Positions 26,701 to 52,700 of a DNA stretch of 64,000 bases are shown here, in pieces (within the stretch, counting starts at the first letter, position 1; each line of letters opens with the position of its first letter). Below the pieces are notes generated by a model, which was given only the letters and a program-made list of their open reading frames with translations, ran no database searches and was not told the origin of the DNA. Position numbers and translations under genes: made by a program. Source of the stretch: Ophelia neglecta (taxonomy: Eukaryota); contig OZ260663.1 of NCBI GenBank assembly GCA_965285935.1, positions 50,840,001-50,904,000 on the forward strand, written 5' to 3'.

Positions 26701-27628
26701 TCAACAAGTTATTCAATAACAACAGTAGCAGGTCATTATCCAGTGAGTATCCACTCGATTCAGGTGATTCAGTTATTTCAGTCGTCGGCATACTTTTGAT
26801 ACACCCCACTGCATTGTCAGCACTACCACTCTTTTACTGGTTTGGGACAATTTACTTTCTTTAAATTCTTTATTTTTAGTATCATAGTCGAACTAGCATC
26901 AATGATCGTATTGAGATTTAGTAAAGAGTATAGATTCAGTGATTCATTTATCCCCGAGTCCTTTGATGTGCAAATTTCCAAAAGAACTGGTGAACACTCT
27001 TGCTTTGGAGCAAGTACCATGACTCACTAAATTTTAACATGATGGCCAAAACTAAATTGAGGACTCGGTAAATTTTCATTAGAATTTTTTGCCATTGAGT
27101 CCTAGGCTCGTGGCTTCAATTTTGTAAATGATTCAGTGTAGATATAGCTCAGGCGTGATATACATGCAGGGATCAAAAGTGAACCAAACTTCCAAATGGT
27201 TTTCATCTCGTATTCGTATGAATGCGCCAACTACACTGAGCACTGGACAACAGAAAAAAAAATTTGCTGCTTTCTAAGTTGTTTTTAGAGTTTAGAGTAT
27301 TTTAGAGTTATCTACAATAGGTTATGTCCTTTCTCTCTTGTTGGACATGATCGTTTTAATCTGAATTTGCCAGTTATGGATCGCATTATGGTCATGTTTA
27401 ATATATACCTTTTAAAAATAATGTTAATGGTTGGGGGGCATGTGATTCAAATTGTCTTGTTTATTTAATCAATTCTGTCTGGTTATAATACAATTATAAA
27501 ATAATGTCACAACACCTGACTTTCTCCTGAAATTGAGCATTTCCCACTTGGTATTCAACAGTTCAAAAACCAATGGGACCAATGTTGGGGCTTGTATTTT
27601 AACAACTTCACTTATGTTACAGAGCGAG

Positions 27629-41156
<13,528 letters not shown>

Positions 41157-41860
41157 ATGAAATACATGTACATAGCAAAGTCTGTATTTTTCATTATATG
41201 AGCACAATTTTATTCCTTTTATTTAATAATTAATTTTTAAGAATATCAATTTTAATGTCATTTGGACTGTCATGGGTGTTTGTATTATACATTTTAATGT
41301 TATTTAAACTGGGTGTATATATGAGACTACCTCAGTCAAACTGGATTATTGCCAACTTTAGGCCCCTTCCACCAGCTGGAAACAACAATTATGTTCATTT
41401 AAAACAAAATTCATTAACAGTCTGTTTGGAAATAATCAATTCATGATTGGAAAATGATATCCTTCCATTGTGTATGTACAGAACATGCAGGAGCAAAATG
41501 ACAAAAAATGTGTTGTGCACTGCTCCAGCTGGAGACAAATTGTGTGATTATGATGAATTTGGGATATGTGCTAGTTAAATGTGCTCTGAATCTTTAAAAG
41601 AAACTGTTCCTGGCACATATTTTTTGTTAATATGGCCCTGCAATAAAAGAAAGTGTTGCGTACACATATTGGTTCATTTGGCCCTTGCATGGAAAATTTG
41701 TTTTCGCTGTTTGTGCTGGTGCATATGATACAGTACTCTGGTATACATAGCAAAATAGTAGTAACTTTCTCGGAAAAAGGAAGTAGTAGGAAAAGTAATT
41801 GATACTGAAAACAGGAGAGTGATTTTATACTGGTGAAATGATTTTGGATACACTCAGTAA

Positions 41861-42780
41861 TTATGTCTCCCAAACGAATTTGGGTGACAAATTATTTTAC
41901 ATTGAACCACAGTGTCTTGCAGCTGGTGTCTGACATACGGCGTCACATCTCTTGTAGAACTTAGTTTATTTTATTTCATATTCTTTGGGTCAGCTAGACT
42001 CTACTCAGATCAGGTCCTGAATTGTTTTTGAGCTGCTTCACTAAACAATATTGGCGTGAAATTATTTTTTGGCCTGCAGTTTGATTTGTCATGTCATAAG
42101 TAAAAATCCTGTAGGATACTTGCTCTTTTTTTTGGGTTGCGAGAATAAGCCGAGTAGATTTAATCTTGTCTACATGTTCAAGGTCAAAACACTTGAATGC
42201 AGATTTCATCTTAACTTATAAAAAATAGATCTTGGATCATCATTGGAAGCCTATAGAAAGCATATCTCAGACATCTTGACTTCTCAACTTGGACCTTGGT
42301 CTCTATTTTCAAGGTCAAATCTGTAACATCAATATTTTCATCCTTTAATTTAATTTTTAGAGGAGATCGAAAGCTAGAGCAACAATGGAAGCCTATATGA
42401 AAGCAATTTGTGCCTATCTTATTCAATTTCCAAATTTGACCTTGGTGTCTAATTTCAAGGTCAAACCATAAACATCATGATTTCTTCCTTTAATTTAACA
42501 GCTAAAAATGACACTTAACATAGTAAGATTAATGGAAAAAAAAATCTTCTTTCACATCTTATCCAGCTCTTAAATTTGACCTCAGTGTTCATTTTCTAGG
42601 TCAAATCTTTAGAGTCACGATTGCAATAATCTCCAAGAACAAACCCATTAGCATAAATACCTGTTCACATTTAGTGACCAGGGCAATGGAACCGTATATC
42701 TGTAGGGATTATTCACATAACAAGGCAACTTTTTCTTCTACCATGGGGGTATTTTGCAGGGTTATCGGGTCTAGCTGTTT
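41861..42780 (+). mobile_element. Degenerate HINE-like repeat downstream of the ATP2C1 stop codon
   Basis: 5' hairpin tgtctcccaaa-cgaa-tttgggtgaca; repeated gacctt...aaggtcaaa palindromic modules (~42180, 42292-42320, 42437-42465, 42576-42605); ends near a ctag followed by a T run. Confidence 0.45.
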
Positions 42781-45700
42781 TTCAAATTTATTTTTTAATC
42801 ATGTTGTATTTCAAATTTCGTATATGGGCAAGTATGCTTCATGATAAGCATTCATTGAATGAAATTTACTTAATTAAACAGCATATTCTATTTTATTTAT
42901 TTGGATGTTTTTAATAAGGAAAAAATATTCAAAAACCTACACAGTACTTAAGCTTACAGTGATATGTTCCAATAGTTAACCAATGGCTTTAAGTAAGCTC
43001 ATATTTATTTGCAAAAGGAAAGTACTCCATTCCTGGTAATTATTTGTTTTCATGTGTTTGCATATAGAAAATAATCAATTTCTATTACTCTGCTACTCAA
43101 TCTGTGGCACTACCAAGTGTATTTTTGTACCATAATGCAATTTGCAGAGGCCTGTTTCTTAATAATGAAAAAATATGCAAGGATAAAATCACCATGCTGT
43201 ACACACTTTATATTTTTGGGTAAACTGATATATTTTATTTCAGACAATTCCTCAAATTTGCAACTGTTTTTACTCTGTGTAGCTTTTATTTATAATCTGC
43301 TCGGCTCCTTATATACAGTTAGTTGTGATATCTTTCAAGTATTGTTCCATTGTATAATTTTACAGGAATTCTCTTTGGTAATATATTTCTTAACATTCCC
43401 TTTTTCCAACAGTGTGGTGAATGATTCATCCAATCTATCAAACTTTGTAATTAAAGATCCTGTTTAATATGTTGGTAACTTTTCTGATGGTGTAGTATGA
43501 AAGTAGTATTTACTGGTACTAATGTACTACTACTATATTTCTGTTTAGTAATGTCTTAGGAAATGATATATCTAGCTAAATATTCATAATATGTACATAT
43601 AAAGTAAGACACAAGTTATTCCAGAGATGTTTATGCCTCTCATTAGGAATTGTTAATGTAATCAAGCATGATTTTGTAGTTACTTGCTTGAAGGCAGCAA
43701 ACATGGACATTTGTCTGGTAGAATGTTTAATTATATTACAGCTAGTAAATGCTTATTTTAGGTTGCTTTGCTAGCTATGTTTAGTCACATATGTTGGATG
43801 CTAGTAAAATAACTGAATGAATTTGAACATATGTAAATAAATCAGGCTGCATTGGCCACTAAGTCAACAGAAGTGTATTGACTTTATTTGCAATGTGTTT
43901 GAGTGACATCTTTTTATTTGTACTTGCGAAAAATTAACTAGAGGGGTCTAGTATCATTTTTAAAGACTTCTGTTGACAGTGCGTCCATTTCAACAAGTGA
44001 AAAGCATACATACACGCTATACCCTTTGTACTTTATAAAAGTGCAAGGTCTTCGTAATATAAATAACCTGCTAAAGGAAAGGGGTTCAGTTATGTTAGCA
44101 CCCCCTACTTTATACAGATAACAAATATTTTAGAAGTGCAAAGTTATTCATAATCTATAATTTTAAAAAAAATGCCCAAAGTTCCCAATAAAAATAGAAC
44201 CCTAACTATACAAACAAAGGAATTACAAATTCGTCTGAAAACAGTCCCCCAAAAAACCTACAAGTGAAAGTTATACAAACGTTTTTCAAACGCCTGTTTA
44301 AAGATCTAGTGTCAATGGATTTTTACCGATTTTATTTTCCGGTTTAACCTGGAACAAATATATCTAGGGTAAATCAGACCATACTGTAGATTAAAAAAAT
44401 CATGAATATATCAAAATAAAAAGCTATCGAGCAATTATTTACAGTACATGCACATTGAAAGTAGTTCTTTTCCTTTACACACCCAATACATTATGAATGC
44501 CCAACTTTTCAAATAAGAAAGCAATATTTGGTTCGTTATGGCATTCAGGGCGTTGATATTGCAATAAATAGATTTCGATTTTCAGCTTTATATATTTTAG
44601 CAGCCAACTAAATAGGCGTCACACACAGTTTTCCGGACAAAGTGCTGATAGACAACATCATACATGTATACCGGTATGCATTAATTGAGTAGTGTAAACC
44701 CTACTTGTGAAATGAAACTAGAACTGGCTTACTGACATACTACTCGGTCTTCAATCTTTGCTGTGACACGAAGATAACGATAGTATAATATAAGTAGCAA
44801 CCACTAGTCTTAAACCAGACTGATATTTTAGTGGGTTCATTGCAAGTTTAAAAAGATGAAACTCGTCCGTTCCGTCTCAGTTAGCACTACGGCTATGCTA
44901 CTTATTGCTATGTTTAAAGAGTTTTGATGTTCAAATTAATGAAACTGAAGTTGTTTAATAGACATAAATATGCAGTAGACCTCAATTGCTATAACATATA
45001 CATTACCCAAGCTACTAAGATAGCTTAACATTATTATTAAAATAGGCTATATATGTGAATGATGACGGCTATGACCCCCCTGCTATGACTCAAATGTCTT
45101 TCAAGTTACAGCCAAATAGAAGGCGTTGCTAGATGCTGTAGCAGAAGACGGAAAGCAATCAATAGCTTCATCTCCCCAGTTTACTTAAAAAAAGAAGGGT
45201 CCAAAATCCAGAGCATTAAGAAGATAAATATGAAGCAGTGGGACCCGTCACAGTGGCCTAATATTATTAAATGCAAATGCGCCGATTGGGACACTTGAAA
45301 CAAACGGATATCTTGATGCGTCATACACTTAATTCATTCGTCGAAATAAAGGACCTTCTTGATAAGGAAGTCAAACAATTAAATATCCATGTCCATTATA
45401 CTCTTATTACTTTAACCAGCTTATCTGGGGTCTAGACATGACACCATGATGCAATGTATTCATAGATGCACTTGGTCACATAGACCAGAGAGATAAATCC
45501 AGGACGATATCTTAGACGATAGCTCCTTTTGATTACAAAGTCCACTTTCTCTCCTGTGCCCACTAGCAACACAGTGTAAAATAATGTAAGTGTCCGATAT
45601 CAAATTGATTAATTTTATCAGCGATCTCGGTTTTATTTTAATTTGCCCGTAATTACCTGATCGTAATGTATTGTAATATTAGTACCTCCATCCTCACGTC

Positions 45701-46764
45701 GATTTCCACATTGAGTGCGGCCATCTGATATTGCTATACTATATTATTAATTATTTATGATTGTGCATGGAGTTCCAGAGAACAAAAAGTGGATAACCAA
45801 TGTCGATGGGAAAACTATACTTTGTCGTTAGTTAGTAAATACCAGACTTTGTATTTGAATTCAGCGGCTAGACACACGCAGAGTAGTTTCTAAAGGTAAA
45901 AGCACTATTGTGTGAAGTTGTTCATGTGAGACCGATGCGGATGACAATTGCTCTCTCCGAAGAGAAAGTTAGTAATAGGTTCTATTGTCAGTAACGGATA
46001 ACAATATCCTCTCTGGGTGAGTGTTCAAGTGTTCAAGAGCGCATCAAAGTTTTTTACCAACTTATCTTTAACGTCACGCTTTGAATAGTATTTCGTTAAA
46101 GTCAATATATTCAATTTATATATATAATTATGGAGTTCAAACTATCATTCGTTTATTAACCCATATTAATACTTTTCTTTAATAAACTGCTCACGTGGAA
46201 ACGTTTGTTCCACTTCATTCGAGAATTAAAAAAGCCGAACACTGAGTGAAGGTGTTATTTTTGACCGAATGTTTGCTATTTGAATTAGCCTCATGGATAT
46301 CTAAACGATGATTTTCATCATGTCATTTATTTTTCTAATTTTTCTAGGATAGCCTATTGTAAAAGTTATTATTGTTTCATACGTAAATGTATTGACATAA
46401 GCTGAAATTAATTTATCTGCCTATATCCCGTATTTTAAAATAAAATAAGCTTATGTTTAAAATAGATCATGTATTAAGGCCAATATATAAAATGAGCTTG
46501 CATGTGCATGGGGGCTATCAGAAACTATTTAGTGCCATTTGCAGTGTTGGAACTGCATTTTTTTTCTGCTATGAACTTCCCTCATTTTGTTCAACACATA
46601 TTGTCCAGTTTCAACTTTTGCACATGGATTCATTTCTTTAAACTTTTAACTGCGTTAAACTTTTAATTCAAACGTCCATGTATATATGTATTAGGCCTAT
46701 ATAAAAGGTGCATATAAACGCAATAAGTGACTCTGTGAATTTTGCAGAGAAAACAACCAAGGTG

Positions 46765-49700
46765 ATGCCCGCGCTCGTTGAGTACACTCCATATTGGACC
46801 CTGAGCTTGACAATCCTTTTCTCGATTCAGGTAAAAATGTTTAATTGTAGTTTGATAGTTTTGTATTTTATCTTTATAGCTTTGCCGATTTAAGTATGGG
46901 TTTGTCTGAGGAAAGGCCTATTGGTACCAGTTTAAATGGTCTTAACTGTTTGCTACACCGACACTGAAGCCGGACATGTGGGACTAAAATAGGTTGAAAC
47001 ACAGCCTGTTAATGTCCTCGCGTAGACACCATTATGGTCCTCCAAAGAAAATACAGTGACGATAGACCAACAGAGATTCTTATCGTTAAAAATATTGATA
47101 GCATCTGAGTAATGTTACAAATGATATTATTTGGGCACTAAATTTCAGATAAAATCCGCTGCACGAATGTCGCGCGTTCGCATCGGCCATTCTTTTGTCA
47201 GGGCGACTCAAAGAAAGGCAAAATAATTTCATTAAAATCGGGACGATTGGTAAAACTAAAGTTGCCGGGTGTCATCTCCCTTTTTTCAAACTTAATTTGA
47301 ATAGCCTACTCAAAATAACGCATGTCACTTTATAAGACAATTCATTCGAATCTGACTACTAGTAATGTAGAATTTAACAAAAAATTCCCAGTTCACGGTT
47401 GGTTTAGTCTTTAACTGCGAATGACAGCAATTATCTAGTAGGATGTAATGTCCACTTACGTTTTTTTTTATAAATGCACGATTGAAGGTGATGAATGCGT
47501 GAGGGTGAAGATCATACCATTGTCATCTCAAATGAAATCACCTTATCCACCAGAATGTTTAAGACTAAAATCACTTATCTACATGTATAAGGAAGTTAAT
47601 ATGTATAATGTGTTCATACAATAGAAACTGGCATCTTACAGGCTTATAAACAAAAAGCCCGTCACATCACATATGTATTGCTTGCAAAGTTTCATATTGT
47701 TCCTCCATCCATTCCATTAATAATAATTCATTCGTATTGTAGATTGCACTGGTACAAAATGCTACACGTATATCATGCAGAAGGGTATCTATCCCTACCG
47801 AGCTCCGTTCGTTCCCATGTTTCTATATTTATCAAATCAATGTTGATTGAATTAATGTCTTAAAGAATGTATATTAACAGCATGGTCGTCATTTGGCTTT
47901 TACACACTGCGAAAAATAAGATTATTTTAGAAGGGCAATTTGATAATAATTACAGGCACGGAAATGGTTTTCCTGTTTGAGGAAATAAACTTCCGTTTAG
48001 TAGGACAAGAAAAAGATTCTGGCAACAAATTTAAAAAAAAAAAATATTTATCAATTTAATTCAATTCAAAATAAAATTATTGGTCCCATGTAGATACAAT
48101 ACAACAAAATGATATGAACACTTGAGTACAACACGACAGCAATAATAAAGAGTGTATATTAATTATAATATTGTTACAAATAAAAGTACTGGAGTGTGAG
48201 TCCTAAACCTAGACACTTATAATGAATTACAAATTAACAATGAGTGCATTATGTTAAGAAGTTAAAAAAGAATAAGATAAAATGTTTAAACTACAAAATA
48301 ACAAATAAATAAGTATAAATGTAGTGTTATGACAAACGAGAAAGAAAAGGAAAGAAAAAATAAATAAAAATAAGGTAATACCTTTCAGAGGAACTTCATT
48401 TTCCAACAACATATTTTAGGCGTCTCCTAGATGTGAGAAAAGCACAGTCAGCATCAATTATTTTAGATACATGATTCCATAGGCAAACACCTTTTTTATT
48501 TTTATGAATGTGCCATAATCAGCAGTTATATAATTAGGTTCATGTAGTTGAAAAGCCTGTCTAATATAACGTGCATGAACACTAGTATTACAAGTAATGA
48601 AGTCATTGAAAATCGGCAATCTGTTATCATTGAATAAAGAGCAGGATAGAATATACTTATATCTTTATAATTGAATAAATTTTTAGTTGAGCAAACAAAG
48701 GACCACTGTGTACATAATATAAAGATGAGATCAAGATTTTCTCGGCACGCTTCTGAAGTCATACATGTGACCCAATAAGAAAATAACAAGCAATGCCGCA
48801 CACTTAAACATCAAATCTTAAGTACAGGTAAATAAAGGATTAGTATAGAATAGATGGTATACCGAGATTTAAGGTTTTTCTGGCTTCAAATAATATGCCA
48901 ATCCCCTTAGACATCTTGGCTTTTATCATGTTAATTGGCCATCTATCATTACACCAAAGAGTTTCGTATGAAACACCCTCTCAAGGCTTACACCAGCTAA
49001 TGCGATAATACTGGTTATAGCTGGATCACTTTTTCTTAATCAAAAAACATAAACTTAGTTTTTTACATTAATAGATAATTTATTTGTCCATTCTAACAGT
49101 TTTTCAAGTTCATCGTTCATAATTTTAAACTAGCTGATTGACATATTTTGCATTAAGAAAGACATTAGTGACATCCGCAAAAAAAACAGGGTAGTGAAGA
49201 GGTGAAGCATTAAAAGGGCCATTTACATAAGGAAGAACCAAAAGTGGGCCTAAGATGGAACCCTGAGGAATACCCCAATTTACTATAATTTCCCTTGACT
49301 TGGTCCAGTTAAAGACTACATATTGTTTTCTTCCACTCAAACAGCTTTGGAACCAAAGTAAAGCCTGACCCTTCGCCTCATATTCATAAATTTTATCCAA
49401 CAATAGGCCTAGTTGATGATTGACAGCATCAAATCTGATAGTATCCCTACCCGAAAAATGTCAAGAATGTGAGGGAACAAGATACCACCACCATTCCAAT
49501 GATCGCACACAAACGATAACATTGAATTTGAAAATATACCAAAAGTTAAGGGTGGGCGGGTAAGGGATCTTGTCGTGTGGGTCTCGCCTAACCTTCTACC
49601 AACTGGACGCTCAGAACAAAAACGCCTTCAGACAGGCTAACATGACACTACCATTGTAAAATACATACGCCGTATTACGAGTTGTACGTGTTACAGTGAT

Positions 49701-52700
49701 AGATGATATCAAATGATGGCGATAATACAAATATTAATTTAATCATATGAAATTATCTATAGTTAACCATAAATCAGTCGATAAGTGTTTCTATGTTGAT
49801 GGTATGTTTGCTGTGGTCCCGCAAACAAACGACTGGAGAAATTATTTATCGACACCAGCGTTTAGCCCTTGCGGTATTTGGGATTTTAGTTCACTTTCTC
49901 AGTTGCTCCTTACTCTTAGGAGTACAATTCTGCACTCAATATCCCCATAGAGGCCTGGCGATCGGGTGTGGACAAAAGGACGCGTACAAAACCTATAAAT
50001 TGTCATGGGAGTGTTGAGAAGCCAAGGTTTAACAAAAGACATAGGCCCTATTCAGCAAAGGTGGATTTTGATTAGGAATAATTCACTTTCTTAGGGTTTG
50101 AAGCCTGGCCTGTGTACTTTCTTCACGTAATTATTTGCAGCGACTTTGAACTCAGTTTCAGATAGTCGCAGGCGCTCCTGCTATTTCACGGTGCCACCCG
50201 TGTCCAGTGGGTTTCCGGAATGACAGAGACTGCGAATTGGGCTCCGTAGCCTGTTTGCCTTGTGAGGCCGGCACGTACGCTGATAGTACGGGAGTTAGAC
50301 GCCACTGCAATACTTGCTCCGAGTGCGGTGGTGGACTTTTTGAACTGCATCCCTGCAATTTGACAGCAGACGTCTTCTGCGAGCTTTGTAGCTGGATTGA
50401 GGCCAAGGATAATGTGGATTTTAAAAGGAAGTGTGTTGACTATCCTGATACGCAGTGGACTTACGTGGGGAAGCCCGAAGAGCTTCCTGTTCATTCCTTA
50501 CGACATCATAAAAAAAAGAATGAAAAGATAAGCCACAGGCCTAAGAAGCACAAATTTGATCTTGAAAATGGTGTTATGTTGGGGGACCAACCCTTCGATG
50601 TCTCACTTGAAGCGGATCTCGAAGTTGATTATATGGACAATGAGCACGAGGAAGAAATGAAAAACGACAAAAGTCACCAATCATTAACTCCTACAGGAAC
50701 AGATAATTTACCGGAGTCTCATGAAGAAGATGGACTTATACCCGGAAACTCGTTTCCTCTCAAAATTCGAATGCAAGGAGATACTGAAAGTAGTATCAAC
50801 GGGTTATATAAGCAGTCAGGAGATACAGTGTATAGCTCTGGTGATTTTTCTGGCTCCAGTGGTCAGGAAACGGGACCAGAATTCAGTGAAGATAGAGGAG
50901 TTTCAACAACATCAACATTATCTCCAAATATACAAAAAGAAATTATTGGGGATACTTCAAAAGTCATAAGCCAAGGTCAGTTTTGAATTTTGTCGCAATG
51001 TTTATAGGCCTATGTTTGTACGAAACGTTGATAAACCCCCATATGGAAAATAATACTACGTAGCTTAGTGCCAAACACAAAATCGTTATTTTCGAAACTT
51101 AAATACTTTTAAAGCTTCTTTGATATGGATTTTTACTCAATAGGAATATTTTTTCAGATGATGACAAATTATTTTCCACTGTTGTGCCGATTGGACCGGA
51201 TGCACAAGCCGTGGTATATGTATTTCCTAAAAGGCCCCAAAAAGACCGTTTGCTACTCATTGTCATCCAGATTATGTTGGTTAGGCCTTAATGGTTTTCG
51301 GCCTCGTTACATGTAGGCCTATATTTTTGCTGTTTTATCCGTAGGAAGTTCCCTCTTCCCATGCGCCAGTTTGGGCCTATGTGCTCACCGTGTTGATTGT
51401 GGCTATCATATTCACACTCATTGGATTCTTGGTGGATCGACTTCTTTTCAAAGAGAATCGTGGCATTTTATTTTGTAAAAAGGTGAGTGCCGCGTGGTAC
51501 TGTAACGTTAAGTCCGCAGTAAATATTTCAATCCATGCCCCACAGAAGATCATGGCGGATGCGCCGATAGCACCTCTAGGGATCAGATCACAATCCCATC
51601 ACATATGAGAACTACGTCTATGGTGGCTTACAACACACCGTAAATGCAGGGATCAGAGTTTCTGCGCACACAATGCGTAGGGCTCAGGGCACACTACCGG
51701 TCTCCAAGCACTTCGCCATCGAAAGGATTCATTGTGCCCAGGCACAGATCCCACCGTGGGGCTAAAAGTATACCAGCAAGGCTCAATGTGCCATGGGTCA
51801 GATCTAACCGCTAGGGCTCAAACACACACCGCTAGGCGTGATTGTTTCAGGGCTCAGATGGGTTATTGTACATGGCTCCGATCACACCGCCAGAGTTCAA
51901 ACGACCCATCAAGGCTCAATGTGTCAGGGCTGAGATCACACCGCTGGAGCTCTAAACACATCGCCAGGGCTTATGCGCCAGGGCCGGCCAGATCACTACC
52001 TCCAGGGTCTTTGTACCAGGACTCAGATCACACCGCCAGGGCTCAAAGCACACCACCAGGGCTCAATGAGTCCGGGCTCAGAGCGCACCAACAGGGCACA
52101 ATGTTTCAGGGCTCAGAGCGCACCACCAGGGCACAATGTGTCAGAGCTCAATGCGCACCTACAGGGCACAATGTGTCAGGGCTCAGAGCGCACCACCAGG
52201 GCTCAGAGTAGACACCCTTCTCGAGCGTTTTTATTGTAACAATTGAACGATAAAGGAATAGTTATAATACTTTTATAGATAGTCCTAATAGTCATTTGAA
52301 TAACTTTGAATTATGTCAACAGAGGAAGCAGAGTTTCAATCTTAGTACGGCAAGGAATGGACAGAATAATGGCCGATCTGCCGCAAAGTATGGCAATGTG
52401 AAAAATAAAAACAATATGGAGTATTTATTAGGCGATGAGTTAAATTCACAAGAGGAAAAAGATACCTCGTTAACAGGTAATATTGGTTAAGCAAGTTTTA
52501 GAATAATTTAACGAATCTAGATTTAGAAATGTGCAAGACATATTAATGCGACAAGATCCTCAACTGTTATGAATATACTTTATTGGCCTCGTCTTCCAAG
52601 AATATGCAACCAATTCGAGCCATCCTTTGGCCACTCAATGTCTTTTTCGCTCTTTCCATAACGTGTAGATTACCATTCTCCTATCGATATTGAGCCCGAG

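Noticed and set aside
51732-52239. 159-aa and 88-aa ORFs between the TM exon and the CA exons
   Set aside because: They are translations of the 35-bp tandem repeat, and the flanking exons join in phase without them.
52279-52322. Alternative acceptor at 52279 for the linker exon
   Set aside because: It needs a phase-1 donor, but the TM exon ends in phase 0 and this join hits a TGA after 6 codons. The acceptor at 52323 keeps the frame.
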